From Antedon mediterranea (Eukaryota; Animalia; Echinodermata), in assembly GCF_964355755.1 (NCBI RefSeq), contig NC_092670.1, forward strand, positions 33,716,388-33,780,387: a DNA stretch of 64,000 nt. Direction: 5' to 3'. Position 1 is the first letter of the stretch, and the number at the start of each line of letters is the position of its first letter. Of this stretch, positions 39,794-56,234 are shown piece by piece. A program made the position numbers and the translations under genes. Under the pieces are notes generated by a model. The model had not been told where the DNA came from. It ran no database searches and saw only the letters and a program-made list of their open reading frames with translations.

Positions 39794-41179
39794 ACATTTA
39801 GAAGAATGGCATGACAAAAAATGGAAGCGGAAAGCTGCAAACGTAGTAAATGACGTCCACCTATCACCGAGAGAGTGAAAATAAATGGAAATTAAATTCC
39901 AAATCAAGTACCTTAGCAACGTAGATCTAGTATTTGAAAGTGTAGTTACGTGTCATATGATTATCAACGTTTTTGTTATATAGAAATAAATAAATTATTA
40001 GCTTTACTTATTTTAATTATAATTACTTTTTTTTTAAATATCTCAAGGTAATGTAATGTAATTTCTGAAATACTCAAAGGAACCATTGGTCATGATCAAC
40101 ATTATAAGATTTTTACAATGCAATAAAATACAAGGCAGTTTACGCGGGGCATTATTAACACATTTTCTACAACATACTATAACTAAATTTAAAACAAAAA
40201 GGGTTTAATGATTAAATTAATGTGAACATTTACTTTATAAAAGCTGACTTTATAATTATTTCTGAAAATGATTACTATAATCTTTATATATCTATAATAT
40301 TATTACTTATAATAGTAGCCTTAATAGCATAAAATATTTCGCATGTTAAATTTATTTTTGCTATTTTTGATCTTTTATTTACGGTAAATAAAGTTTTGAA
40401 AGAAATTGGTCTGGCCAATTGACACATGTTCTGTTCTAATGAGTGAACTGGTGAAAATTCAGTTACCCCTAACAATGACGCGCGCCCGACGACAAATCAG
40501 TATAACATTTTTCATTGTGTGTGCTATGTAATGGAAAGACTTGATATGCAATAACAGCTCCCGTTACAGCCCTAAATCCGATTTTCCATTCGCGCGAATT
40601 GAAAGCACCAGCTTATATGCATGCTTATTCATGTTTCCATCTTCAAAATCTCTCGTTTCGCTTTCGATTCGCCCGAAAAAAATTGCCTAGTGGAAAATCG
40701 GCTTAACAACAAATACAAATATACATTGCTTGGTGTGAAAAATAGTCTGTTAAAGGCGGCCTACATTTATTTTTTTTTAAACCTCATTCAGCAATACATA
40801 ACAAAAATGCGTCCTGCACCATCACATAGTCCATACTTTTGGTCTCTTACTTTCTTTTTATCTTTATTCAAAGCTAGTTTTTGTTATCTGGAAGTCTTAT
40901 GATCTTAGTCTTATTTTTATTGTACAGCTCCATTTTTTTTTTTCAAATAAAAGATCAAAATTCAAAGTAAAATTTATTTTCCTCAAATTAAAACAGTATA
41001 CAAAATGGAGGTAAGAAGGGTTAATTAAATTGAAGAAGGCATGGTAAATAAAAGCAAAAAGCTTGTTGCAGACATGCCTAAACAAAGATGAAATTAAAAC
41101 AACACAGAAAAATATATAATTTACATTACATGGGTAAAACTAAATAAATAAATTAATTTTAAATTAAGAACTGTTCGTC

Positions 41180-42760
41180 TTCTTGTTACATTTTATGAGA
41201 GACATAATAATTACAATGATGAGTAATATAAAAAAAATTTATACTTGGATGTGATATATTTTTTTTGTTTAAATGAAAAGCTTTTCTTAGATACAGCATC
41301 TTTAATATTTGAAGGTAGTTTATTCCATAGTTTGGAATCTTATGTTATATTGAATGATTGAATGATGTTTTTTTTTATGAAGAGGGATATGCATATCTTG
41401 TACAGTTCGAGCACTATAACAGTGAAAAGATGCGTTTGGTTGGAATACTTTTGTAAATTGAGATGGGTTTAGGGAGTTAATCGATGAGTAGAGAAAAGTA
41501 CAATGTTGATGATAGTTGTGGTCTTTCAATTTTAAAAGGTTTAAGGAAGAAAATAAGGGATCTGAGTGAGCAAGTGGTGGTGCACCTGATATAATTCGAA
41601 CTACTCTCTTCTGTTTGATAAATAATCTACTAGTGTTGGACTCATACGTATTGCACCAAACCACATTGTAATAGTTTAAATATGGTAAAATAAGACTACA
41701 ATACAAGGTATGACGAATGTTTTGGGAAGAAAAGAAGAAGATTTTTGGATATTTTATTTTCAATTCACTTTAATATGGTGCTTCCAAGTGAGACCTGCAT
41801 CAATGGTAACACCAAAAAATTTCGTATTTTCAACAAGTGGAATTATATGTTCATTAATTTTAACATGTCTATCATTTAGATTTACAGGTTTTTAAGTGTT
41901 TCGAAACAAAATAGAACAGCATTTCTTAACGTTAACGGAAAGTTTGTTTGCTCGGAAATATTCACACAATTTAGTCAGTTCCTGGTTGACAGCCTCAAAA
42001 AGTGATTGAATATTTGGATTGGTATAAAGGAGGGTAGTATCGTCAGCATAGAGGCAGAAAGAAAATAATTTTGAGGATGAACACTTGTCATTTATATATA
42101 AAAAATAGTGGGCCAAGCAGTGAACATTGAGGGACTCCACATGATAGTGATGTAAAATGAGAGGTAACATTGCTATATTTAGTAAATTGAAATCAATTTG
42201 ACCGATAACTTTTAAATAGATCATGTGCAGGTCCACGGATTCCATAATTAATAAGTTTAGATAAGAGGATGTTATGATTAATAGTATCAGGCTTTTGAAA
42301 GATCAATGAATGTTTCAATAGCAATCCGGTTTTTTTCAAATGTATATTTGTATGTCCGATCATAAATGATGCGTTCAAACATTTTGGAGAATATAGACAA
42401 AAAGGACGATAATTGCTAACATTAGACTTGACTCCAGATTTATAGATGGGGGTTACTTTTTCAAGTTTTAATTTGTTTGGAAACACTCAATTAGACAAAG
42501 ACAGGTTAAAAATATAGCAAAGTGGGTGAGAGATAAGGCTACATGTTCGCTTAACTACAGTATATTAGTACTAATATCGTCAATACCTGGAGCCTTATTA
42601 TTCTGGAAATATTTGACTGTGTTGAGTATTTCATATTCGTCAACAGGGATAAGAAATATGGAATTGAGAGTAGGGTTCGGTAAGTAGTCTTTATAATTTG
42701 TTGAATGTGGTGGTGTTTGATTTGCAAGGGTAGGTCCAATCTGATGGTTAAATCTGATTC
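41180..42760 (-). mobile_element. Degenerate CR1/L2-group LINE reverse transcriptase fragment
   Basis: Frameshifted ORFs with KVTPIYKSG..SNYRP, DTINHNILLSKL, LYADDT and LYCSLILPYLNY. Confidence 0.85.
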
Positions 42761-43052
42761 AATTCCATCGACAAATCTGTGAATATTCTTTTCCTAGTTT
42801 CCAGGAGTGGCGGCGAATGAATTTGCCGGTTATCAAAACAAAATCGTACGCAAAGAGATTATGCAATTTTACTTTGTACTCTATAGTACAAGAGAAGATG
42901 GATATTACGGACGAAGTAATTCAATTCAATGTTTTATTTTGGTACAAGTACAATTACGTATAAATTAACACAAAAAATAAACTGTACTGACTAGTTACTA
43001 CAATACGACGCGCTCTTATCTCAGGATGCCATTCCACCTGGAGAGAATCTTT

Positions 43053-43667
43053 TACCCCTTTTAAACCGCCGAGCTTACAACAAACCCGTGTCGTGTCCGG
43101 ATAATTTCTTGTTTACACCTGATTCAAAACCCGGGAATGACACGGGTTGCGTGTATTTACACTACAAAATACCAACCCATGAAAATGTTCTAGATCAATC
43201 GAAACATGGCCCTCTCACGCATGAAGAGACAACATAGTAACGGTCTGCCCATTATACCTCCTACAATTTTGTTTTATGGCAATACACACACACATTAAGT
43301 AATATCTTGAAATAAAAATGAATAACAAATAACCATAATTTTTATTTATTAAATAAGCGAATAAACATAATCAATCTCATCTTAATTGTATGTAAATTAA
43401 ATACTATAGTAAGCGAGGATAGTAAACAAACGGGTAAAGATACGCTGAGCGTTTTACACCGCAGACACGGGTTCATCCCGGTTGCGTCCCAGGTTGACTT
43501 GATGCTGAATACATTCCGCATCACTTACACGGGTGGTTCAGCGACCCGGGTAACTTTTTACGTCGTTTACACCGGCCTACATTTCCGCATTTTTGTGTCC
43601 CGGGTACGACTCGGGTTATACAATTCCGGATCAACTCCGCATTTTTACTGGCGGTGTAAAAGGGGTA
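43053..43667. mobile_element. Harbinger-like MITE
   Basis: TIR taccccttttaaaccgcc / ggcggtgtaaaaggggta; absent at the paralogous site ~57650. Confidence 0.7.
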
Positions 43668-44580
43668 TTTGACTTATATAAGACGTTTATAATTGTTGAG
43701 ACTAAAACATGTTCATATGAAATAAGTCTACACATCAGGACATATATCGATTTTCTTTTAAAATTCAGAAAAGAAGGAAATATATTCCGTCAACATGAGG
43801 CTGGCACTACAACATTCTTAACTCAGTACTTTAGCATACCTGAAGAGATCTCACTGTATTAATACGTATTACGACCTATGTCGAATGTTTTCTTTTCATA
43901 CCACCATAAAATCAAACCAGTGATTCACTTGCCAAACCAATCAATGTATAATCGTTTTGAGAAAAAGCGAATACTATTTCCTGACGTGTTCATGATTCGA
44001 CGGAAGTGGTGCCATATTTGTGTTTCAGATAAACAGATGACACTGAAATTATATGCGTAACAACCAGAGATAAAAACAAAAACATATTGTAAATTTAATT
44101 TTCATTTTGATAAAGCTAGATAAGTTATAAAGCTAATAAATCATTATATCAATTATGTTAAGCTTACTACGTAGATGCGAAATACATGTTATCAAACAAT
44201 TACGCATGCCATACAAACTTACTTGGTAACAAGAGTGTATCAAGTGTTTTCTTAAACCATGCTGTTACAAGAGAAAGGCTTAAGCCTACTTGTATAGACA
44301 AAAACAATCACATTTAAAACTCGCCAGCCAAGAGAAACTGATGCAGAAAATAATGAAAAAAACGTAGAAAATGTTTAGAAATTATGTAATGAAACAAAAT
44401 ACACATTAGTGTAATATAGTGTTGTGTTGAGGTACTAATGAAAAAAATACAGTTGTGTATCATCTAAAAGGGTATCAATGAATTTTTTTTCTGATTGACA
44501 TAATTATTGATATATTATTTCCATTTTATTGTAAAACATTTGAACTTATTTTATAACATCCTTTCTGTATTGTAAAAAAA

Positions 44581-44645
44581 TTATCTTATCGGGCCTCTAA
44601 ATGTGATAACTTAAGTCCTTCCCCTTCTCCAACAATATAAATTCA
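44581..44645 (+). promoter_or_regulatory. Putative promoter: GATA motifs and TATA box upstream of the Link gene (duplicated at 59957-60020)
   Basis: TTATCTTATC, TGATAA, then TATAAA ~60 bp before ATG 44701. Confidence 0.45.
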
Positions 44646-44700
44646 CCATTCATTCAACTAAAATTCACTTCAATTCACCAGTTACTTATCGACACTAAAA

Positions 44701-47111
44701 ATGGCACACTCAGCCGTCTTATGCATCTGTCTGTCGTTTGTTCTTCTTGCCTTTGGACATGGTGAGTTTTTTTTAGCCTACGGTATATTTAGTTTTGAAT
44801 ATGGGCTGGCAAGGCCTATTTTCAAATTAAGGTGCGGTTAGTTAAACGATTTTTAGCGAAAACTGTTACTCTTTTTCATGTGAACCGTTACAATTTCACT
44901 AATCCACTAAAGCCTGATTACCCATTTTCATGTAAAATCGTTACTTCTGGATAACTGAACGTCGAAAGGAAATATTTAAAAAAATGAATAATTGAATTGA
45001 CTCAATGAACATCAATGTCTAGAGACGGATTTCCTATACTACTCGGACCTGTCAATCTAAATTTCGACAGAATTTTCTTAATGAAATGTTTCTTTTTCTT
45101 CATCGGATGATAATAATTTGCATTATATTTAACTCTGTATACTTTTATGTTATAATATTGTTTGTATTATTTTGAAATAATGTATATCACTTTGTATTGC
45201 AGCAAAGACGTTTTCAAGAAGCCGAAGTTTATCATCACAAGAACATAACAGTAAGTCAGTCCAAATAAATTTGTCAATTAGTCTTACATTCATCTAAATG
45301 ATGATGAAACTAAGCAACTTAGTTGGTCGTATCATTGACCAATGGCTTCTCTCGTCCAGTATCCACCTTACCAGAGAGGCATACACCGATATGTCTGAGG
45401 CAGATACTAGATGCAGTGGCAACCGTAAGAGTCAGCAATGCTGATTTCAAATGCCTAATTGAACCCCATCTCCATGTATACGACACCAGATATTCCCAGA
45501 AGGTCTCCAATTCCATTCGGGCCCAACGTTGACGTTAACTTCGCTTTGTATAAGATTTAGGCCTATATTCTTATAATATAAATATCACAAAGAGACCTGA
45601 TGCTTTTCACTGATTTCGCAAAGGCATTTAACCAAGTGGAAAGAAATGTAACGTTAGAAGCTGTAAAGAAATGAGGATTTGGTCTTATTTTTTAAATTAA
45701 GGATAAAAGAAAGATAGTATGACATTACTCCTGAAAATGTAGTATGAATTATTATTGCACAAGCAACGTGGGAGATAAAATTCCAACATAATGATATTTA
45801 ATGGAATGGTATATAATGAGATTAAAAATTAAAGATGTATTGTCCCCCTGAAAAAAAAATCATTATTTTTTTTTAATATCCTATTTTAATATCACATAAT
45901 ATTTATTCACTTTAACAAAAAATTGGATTGAAAAGTTATTTAAATTATTTTCTTGAACACATAGAAATCTGTAATTTAGGCTAAAGCAAAACATATCCAA
46001 ATTGGCTGTCGACCAGCCAATAGATTTTTGGTTGAATTTCACCATTTATTTTGTCATTTTATAAGTGAAAACATTTGTTTTCTTACGGAAGTGATTAATT
46101 TGATTAAAACTACAAAATAACCTATTCAAAGTCGGATTTAATTTATCTTAATTGTTTAATTCTTTGGGGAAAATATATTTATAATTAAACAAGGTCATAT
46201 AGATGGCTGCAGTCGCATGCCGAAGTTAGTTTTTACCGACCGACTGACCGACCAACCGACAGACCGACATAGTGAGCTGTGCAGTCACGTTGCACGCGAA
46301 TAAAAACGTTATGGTTCAAAATTGTTGTTTTTCTTATTTAAAAATGATGTTTAGATATTATAAAAGACAGTTCACTGAAAGATGCAGTAGACCATCTAGC
46401 TGAAGGCATAGAAGATGTACTCCAAACCATGCTTGACATGATGGAGAAACAGCTTCAAGGCCATGAAGACAAAATCCTGGGCAGATTAGATGAAATCGAC
46501 GAGAAGATTAACGACATCCAGCAATGCTCTTGCTCGAGTAAGTATTTTACAAATGAACCGTCTATGAATACAGTTTACATCTTAGTATCAAAAGATAAAG
46601 ATTGTTCGATATGTTCGGGTGAGAGCATACCGAGTGGCAATAGGCCGGATAGCAAAATGTGAGGCGAAAGTATAAATCCCATGTGCTCCCTAGATCGTTT
46701 TTGTCAGTAGAAACAGAAAGCAATTACCTATCAATTATAAACTGTATAATTATTACTATTCATTGGATAACGACATGTTCCTCAATTCATAATGATGGTT
46801 TTTTTTTTTCTTTTTTCATTTATTTAGAGCGCTTTAGGGTGTTCTACGCGGCAGATGGACGGTATACGCTGAATTTTGAACAAGCGAAACAAAAATGTGT
46901 TGATAACGGTGCAGTAATCGCCACTCCCAATCAGTTACAAGCAGCATATTCTTTTGGATTTGACCATTGCAACTTTGGGTGGTTGTCAGATGGCACCGTT
47001 CGATACCCAATCACAATGCCACGAATAGGATGTGGAGAGGGACCTCCTGGCGTTCGAAGCTTGGGAACACAAGATAAGAGTAAAACTTACGATGTTTATT
47101 GTTTTAAGTAA
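44701..47111 (+). CDS. Secreted coiled-coil + single Link (Xlink) module protein, copy A, 191 aa
   Basis: Exons 44701-44761, 45203-45250, 46355-46537, 46828-47111; all phase 1, 576 nt open. Link consensus VF...[13 protein letters not shown]...[10 protein letters not shown]...[19 protein letters not shown]...YDVYCF. Confidence 0.9.
45298..45543 (-). mobile_element. 5S rRNA-derived SINE (SINE3-like) in intron 2
   Basis: Minus strand of 45479-45543 reads cgaagttaacgtcaacgttgggcccg..ggagaccttctgggaatatctggtgtcgta, resembling the 3' half of 5S rRNA. Followed by a unique body and a (CAT)n tail. Confidence 0.7.
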
Positions 47112-48382
47112 CCAAACTAATAGGAACAATAAACATAAAATATATTATTGATAATTATTATCTTATGTTGTATTAGCATTTAGGCGTATAATCATCATTA
47201 CAAAAACGTTCTGATAAGATAAGAGTAAAACTTACTTTGTTTATTGTTTTAAGAATCCATCAAAACTTATCTAATAATACAATATTATCAATGATAGTTT
47301 GATTAATATGTACGTTGTTTAATAAACATTTATGAAAGATTTACAAGATGTATGTTTACTTTTTGACACATGTACTGGTTATAAAATTATTTTACTTAGC
47401 CAACAATGAGCGTAGTAGTCTGTTGTTCGCATGCACTCAAACGTTAACTGTAACACTATCTCCGATCATTTTGTAAAAAGATCGATCTGCGCGTGCGCAA
47501 GCAATACGAAAAACTTTACGTACGTCGAGAACCTTATTTCTGAAAATAGCGTCAATGAAAAATAACCAAAGGGTATCGAAACATGGAAGAATCATTACAT
47601 TTCTGCAAAATGTTTAAGAAAACACATGATAAATTTAATTAATAAATTATGTTTTTACTTAAGCTAAACAATAACAATTGTTCAACGAAATTTTTCAGCC
47701 AATATGCATGGTAAAACAAGCCTAGGTATTCCATGAGTTGTTCTAAAAAACTGTAATTCAAGCAAAAAATAGTTAAATTGACTGGAATTCAATTGGGTTT
47801 TAGTTGAATTTAATCATTTATTTTGTCTTTCTATAAGTAAAAACATTTTTTTTTCCTACGAAAGTTATTAACTTTATTAAAACTGCGACATAACAATTTA
47901 TTAGTCTTTTTATTGATTTTTTTTTTAGAGGACAATGCATTTTTAATATAAAAAGAAAACAAGGCCATGTACATGGTTGCAGTTGCGTGCCCAAACTTTA
48001 GTTAGTGTTTCCCGACCAACCGACCGACATAGTGAGCTGTAGAGTCGCGTTTGCACAGGACTAAAAAGCGAGCATGCGCATCCTACGACAGCGTGTGTAA
48101 TACCTTTAGTTTAGTCTTAATTTAAAAGCTAGAAGAGCTTCACTCGCGATCAAATTTGGTGAAATCTTGACATCTGAAGGACATCAACACTTCCTACCAG
48201 AATTCAACAACATGGACCACCGTAACGCGGACACATTAAATATCTCGAAATGCAGAACATCGCTAGGATTGTTGTGACATCTTGTTATTATCGATCGTAT
48301 AAGGTTATATGTATAAATATCAATCAATAATCTTTAATTTCAGCATAACACTATAGAAAATACAAACAATACAAACGAAAAC

Positions 48383-48810
48383 AAAAGCATCAGCAAAATT
48401 CAAAAACTTAAAACCCAATGCTCTCAGTATCATCATCTGTGTAGAATAAAATACAAACATCTTAGATTAAAGATACAGACAATATGACCTAATAATACAA
48501 AAGCATCAGTAAAATTCGAAAACTTAAAACACAATGCTCTCAGTATCATCATCTGTGTAGAATAAAATACAAACACCTTAGATTAAAGATACAGACAATA
48601 TGACCTAATAATACAAAAGCGTCAGTAAAATTCAAAAACTTAAAACACAATGCTCTCAGTATCATCATCTGTGTAGAATAAAATACAAACATCTTAGATT
48701 AAAGATACAGACAATATGACCTAATAATACAAAAGCATCAGCAAAATTCAAAAATTTAAACACTATGCTCTCAGTATCATCATCTATGTAGAATAAAATA
48801 CAAAAATCTT
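48383..48810. repeat. 116-bp tandem repeat (~3.6 units); paralogous array 63833-64000
   Basis: ctctcagtat recurs at 48421, 48537 and 48653. Confidence 0.9.
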
Positions 48811-50264
48811 TTATAACATATAAAAAAACATATAAAGATACAAACAATTCGACAAAATAATACAAAAGCATCAGACAAATTCCAAGTATTAAAAACATTT
48901 TTTTATATTATACGAACATAAAGACAATCATACGTTGTTCTTTCTATCATGACATTATTCCACACGTGATCGATTATTATAGATACTGGATTTCGTTTTA
49001 TATCATGCGATAATCGAAAAACGAAAACAAAAACAAATAAAAAATTCAATAAATAAAAATTAAATGAATTATTTTAAATTAAATCTCACGGACATCTGTA
49101 CTTATATTGCTAATTTAAAACAAATATATTAATTGGTTTTCTAAAAGGTACTTTTTTATTTGTCCAAGTGTGCATGCTACGAATTATTACTTATTTTACA
49201 TATAAAACATGAATGGTATTCACGAAAATAAATTGATAATTACCACATAAGGTATTAATCTGTTGGAACCAAAAATATAAGCCCTGCCCAGGAAAAAAGG
49301 GAAAAAAAACATTGGAAGTGCAATTTTATGGAGAATAACATACCGTATCCAAAATCTACCAAATCCAGTTAGGGAAGAATTTTAGACGTATTTTTGATTC
49401 TCCAGAAATTGTCTAAAATGGCATGAAAGTTCATTTGTTAGAAATAAAGATTAAATTGATTATTCAAATTAAATTATCTTCACACGCACATCTGTAATTT
49501 ATATTGTTAATTTAAAACGAATATATTATTTGGTTTTCTATGAGGTACTTTTTATTTGTCCTCGTGTGTTACTAATAATTACTTATTTTGCATATTAAAA
49601 TGAATATTTTTTAACAGTATACAATGCGTTATGCTGTATTCACGAAAATAAATTTATAATTAGCATAGTGGACATAAGGTATTCGAGTAGTTGAACCAAG
49701 AACATGGGACCTACTTTACAAAAAAATGAAAGCGCAAATTTTATGGAGAATAACATATCCAAAATCGATCAAAATCCAGAAACCTTTTAGACGTATTTTT
49801 AATTCTCCAAAAAATGTCGAAAAATGGAAACTAACTAATTTTAAAAAAAACACTAATTTGTAAAAAAAAATGTTTCTCATGTGCCTTTATCTACTTTTAA
49901 GTTGAATACAGATTTGGAAAAATGGCCGAAAATCAAATTAAAAAGTAACTTTATCTTTTAAAAAATCGATATAGGTCTATAGCATGGTTGTATATGAAGT
50001 AGACGGCAATTGAATAGGCCTACAATTGATTTTCTACATACTAACAGGAGTTTTCTGAACAAACTATTGCTGTTGTGTAACTTTTTAAATATTGTCAATT
50101 GTATTCCACAGTATTAGTCAAGGAGAAAAATCTGAAAAGATGCTTAAAAATCAAGTTAGGGTGAGTGGAATTTTAGAGGCAGTCAACATAGCCAGATATC
50201 CTAATTAATCCGTTCTGATTACTCTAAGCCCAATTGATACTTGATTTTTTTCCTTTTTGTCTGA

Positions 50265-51965
<1,701 letters not shown>

Positions 51966-52998
51966 ATCCATCAAAACTTTAATAATAATAATAAAACTCT
52001 AAAAACACAATATAAAAATGATAGGCCTAATTTGATGAATATTTACGTTCTTTAATAAACAGTTATGAAAGATTTACAAGATGTATGTTTACTATTTGAC
52101 ACATGTACTGGTTATTGGTTATACAATTATTTTACTAAGCCAAAAACTGGCGTACTGATCTGTTGACAGCGCGGGGTGCAAACGTTTTAAAAGACGTCAA
52201 CCTATCACCAAAAAAGTGAAAACAAATGGAAATTAAACTATAAATTCCAGTACATTAGCAACATAAATCTAGTATGTAAAAGTGTAGTTACGTGTCATAT
52301 GGCTATCAAAGTTTTGTGCCATAAACAAATTTGCAAAAGATGTCGCCATTTTTGTGCCCATTGCTGAGCCATGAATTTGGAGGTAATAAATAAAAATTGT
52401 TGTTGGTTAAAAGCTAATATATATATATATCGTTTAAAATTAATTAATTAAATTTCAGTGTATCACCGGGCAGTTTCAAATTAATGTTCATTGCCTAATG
52501 TGTTTATATATATAAAAGTATTTCTTTGGAGATCCCGCCTCGTGAATAAAAATACTGAAAGATGAGGGCGTATCAATTTGATCTCTGGTGCGCGTGCGTA
52601 CAACTGAGGACTAGTGCTGTTCCGCCGTACCACGCCGAGAATGTTAAAGAGTCGCAATCCAATCGAGTTTGAACAATACCATGAAAGCCCCAGTGGTCTA
52701 ATGGTTAGGACATCTGCATATCAAGCAGGCGGCTACTGTATTTGAATATCAATTTCAAGGAATTATACTTTCTGTTATTTTCAGTTACCGTACCACACAC
52801 ACATCTATATATTCAATTATACATATACATATTAGTAAAGTATACACTTGAAGGTTCGTATAAAGGTATACATGCATATAAAAACAAATAAACGAATCAC
52901 ATATGTATACATATTTATAAATAAAGTGAGAAAAAAACAAACTAACAAAAAATGGCAAAAATCAACTAATAATAGCCTATCAAATGGTATTTCTCTTA

Positions 52999-53829
52999 AG
53001 CCCCTTTCTCACAGAGTTGTGTGCCAGGAATATTGCGGGAATATACCATTACCATGCCGGTATGGTTTTCTTTGAGAACGGGTCGTCTTGGCATCATGCC
53101 GGCACCATGCCGGCATCGACATGACCTGCTTTAGACCTAGTAATATTCTAGGGATATTCCCCGCAATGCCAGACGGGCATTCTGTGAGAACGTATTGCCG
53201 TTATATTCCGGGGTTCCCCCCGTCGAGGCTTTGACACCTTGCGCAGTCAAGTGTATCACTTTGGCGCCTATTCAATTCAATTAACAATAATAATGTCGAA
53301 CTGGAGGGATAATGAGATAAGAGAGCTGCTTAAAATAAGGGGACAAGAAGAAATTTGTAGCATAATCTATATAGGCCGCTAGGCTAGGCCAGCATTAGCT
53401 CTTTGTTTGTTGGTGCCTGACCTTTCGTCGCCTTGTAAATTGTAGGCCTACAGCCTTCTAAGGTGTTTTACAGATTGCCGATGACGGCAAATTAATTGCT
53501 ATACCTGTATAATATATGCACAATATACTGTACATAGCATGTATTGCATAAATATGCTATAAAGGAAGATAATAATCTGTAACTTAACATTCGCCGCCAT
53601 ATCATCGCTAGACAAAAATAATAACAATAAAGGGCGCCCTCAATAATTATTTTGTCAGAGACTTTTTATTGGCCGAATATGCCCGACTCCTTTCTCACAG
53701 AAAGCCGGTATATACCGGTTATATTTCCGGCACGATAGTCCGATGAGAATGGGTATATGCCGATAACGATACCGGCACGACGCCAGCACTGTACCGGTAT
53801 ATTGCAGGCACATCTGTGAGAAAGGGGCT
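52999..53829 (+). mobile_element. PIF/Harbinger deletion derivative
   Basis: TIR agcccctttctcacaga, TTA TSD; Myb/SANT-like ORF start MSNWRDNEIRELLKIRG at ~53292. Confidence 0.8.
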
Positions 53830-54012
53830 TTATAGGTAAAAAAATAATCATATGTAAAAAACATGTGCTTAAACTAAATATGCAGATAAAAGATACTCTT
53901 TGAATTTAATGTTAAAGAATATAAAGAATTACAATTGCGAATATCTTGGTTAAATGTTATTCCATATTTTCGGACCCTGTCCTCTGATAGAAGACCTAGC
54001 AAGGTAAGTAAC

Positions 54013-54880
54013 AAACAAGGCCAACAGCCATTAAGTCGCGTGCTACAATGCATAGTGATACCGGACCGACAGACAGACCGACAGACCGACAGACAGACCG
54101 ACAGACCGACAGACCGACATACCGACAGACAGACAGACCGACCGACCGACATAGTGATCTATACTGACCGAAATTACTGAACATGTTTAAAAATGTTGAA
54201 ATGTTTAAAAACATTTATATTTTTTTAATTTACACATTTACACATTTACACTTTCGACGTGCTCGTATAACGTAATTCCCAGTTGAAAAGTAAGTAAAGA
54301 AAACAGAAATCGGGCAAAAAGAGTGCGCAATAACATTTAACGCGCAGTGCGCGCGCAAAAATATGCGCACTCATGGCAATTTTGTAAACGCTTAAAATTG
54401 CCTGAAATGTACTCTTATTTCATCGAAATAAAATTTTGAAAATGTTAAGCGCGCGTACGCATGCGTTAAATGCGCTACGCACGTAATTGTATTGCCATAT
54501 GATGATTTATGCAGTGAAATATATGAGTACCAAATTTTATTTAATTGTGATTCATGGTTGTGAAGTTATGATTACAAACGTGATTTCGTTAAATCGTGCG
54601 TAGACTGCGTAATTTTTTTATTGCGCACCGTGAAAACATAACCACATTGATTCCTGGCCATAAGGAATATACTGTGAAAAATTTACCTAGCTAGATTAAA
54701 CTGATATCAAGATAAGGTCAGAAAGCGATAAAACGCATAGTGATACCGGACCGACAGACAGACAGACCGACAGACAGACAGACAGACCGACAGACAGACC
54801 GACAGACAGACCGACAGACAGACAGACCGACCAACCGACCGACATAGTGAACTATAGAGTCGCTTCCACGCGAATAAAAA
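54013..54880 (-). mobile_element. HINE/DINE-1-like element with two (CAGA/CCGA)n tracts
   Basis: Same termini and interior as 30697-31422; explains the low-complexity ORFs here. Confidence 0.75.
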
Positions 54881-54889
54881 GTGGGTTTT

Positions 54890-56010
54890 ATACAAATTAG
54901 ATGATCAATTTTCATATGAATGAAAACAATATGATTTAATAAAATAATTTGAAAATATGTCAAGAGGTAAGTTATTGTGGAATTTATACATGAACATTGC
55001 AATTTGAAGTTTGTGGATATCAAAAACTTTAAGACTGTTTAATTTATGGAATAATGGAAATGAAGGAGCTAGGTAATCCGAGTGTGTACAAAGACGCATA
55101 CTTTTTTTTGGATGTGAAGTGAATGCAGGTGGCAGTTATTAAAATCAGCCCATATAATATAGGAAAATTGAATATGTGGTAAAACAAGATTTTGATAAAG
55201 CATAAATAGGGTTTCAGTTAGTAGTGTCAATTTTAGTTCGAAAAGGATACCGGTATATTTTGAAACAAGATTGGTGACATACATGTTATTGTCAATAATT
55301 ATCAACATTAAGATAAGTGCGGTTATAATGTTTATTTTTAAATAGCATGTATGTGGTTTTATCCAAGTTGAGAGACAGAATATTAGCTTTTAGCCAGGTT
55401 GATACCTTTGTCATTTCAAAATTTACTGTGCGAATGAGATGTGTAATGTTAGAGTGTGATGCTAATAAATGTGTATCATCAGCGTAAATGATAAATGAAA
55501 AGAAGTTACTAGAATGTATAATATCATTTAAATATAAAATAAACAAGGGACCCAGAATCGACCCTTGAGGCACACCTTATGCAATTATTCCGATTTCACG
55601 ATTTCTGACCATTGTAAATAACAAATTGTGTTCTGTTTGTAATATAATTCCTCAACCACTCAAAAGCAATCCCACGAACCCCGGAATTTTTAAGTTTTAG
55701 TAAAAGTATTTCGTGGTCTATCGTGTCGAAAGCCTTCGAGAGGTCCTGGTAAATTCCTAGAGTATGGCATTTTTTGTCTAACTCAGTCACAATTTTATAT
55801 ATTATAGGCTTCAAGTATCGCCATGTATGAGGAATGTTTAGATCTAAAACCAAATTTGGGAATTGTGTAATAAAGTAAAACAAGAAATAAAATTATATAG
55901 TCTTGTGTGGACAATTTTTTCTAATAGTTTTGAAAAGACGGGAAGAACTAAAATTGGTCTGTAATTACACGAGAGATTTTGATCACCCTTTTTGTAAATT
56001 GGGACAACTT
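54890..56010 (-). mobile_element. Degenerate CR1/L2-group LINE RT fragment
   Basis: DLSKAFDTIDHEILL, PQGSILGP, YADDT and LNLDKT motifs across frameshifted ORFs. Confidence 0.9.
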
Positions 56011-56234
56011 TAGCGGTTTATTGGGTTTGGAGGGACAGAAAATTGGACTCAATTTGTCCCATAAACAAATATGCAAAAAGAGGACGCCATTTTTGTGCCC
56101 ATCGCTGTTCCATGAATTTAAAGGTAATGGTCATTTCCAAAAAAAAAAAATTAAATTGTTGTTGGTTAAAATCAACATGACCAGTTCTCGTAAATAAGCT
56201 TTAGTAGGCGTTTTACCTGGAATCTGTTTGTAAA

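Noticed and set aside
45319-45532. Conserved small proteins (ORFs repeated at 60685-60907)
   Set aside because: They are incidental frames in a 5S-derived SINE copied by the segmental duplication.
45479-45543. 5S rRNA gene
   Set aside because: Only a diverged 3' half, fused to a non-5S body and tail.
53874-54895. SVCR/DRQT repeat ORFs
   Set aside because: Translations of the (CAGA/CCGA)n microsatellites of HINE-like elements.
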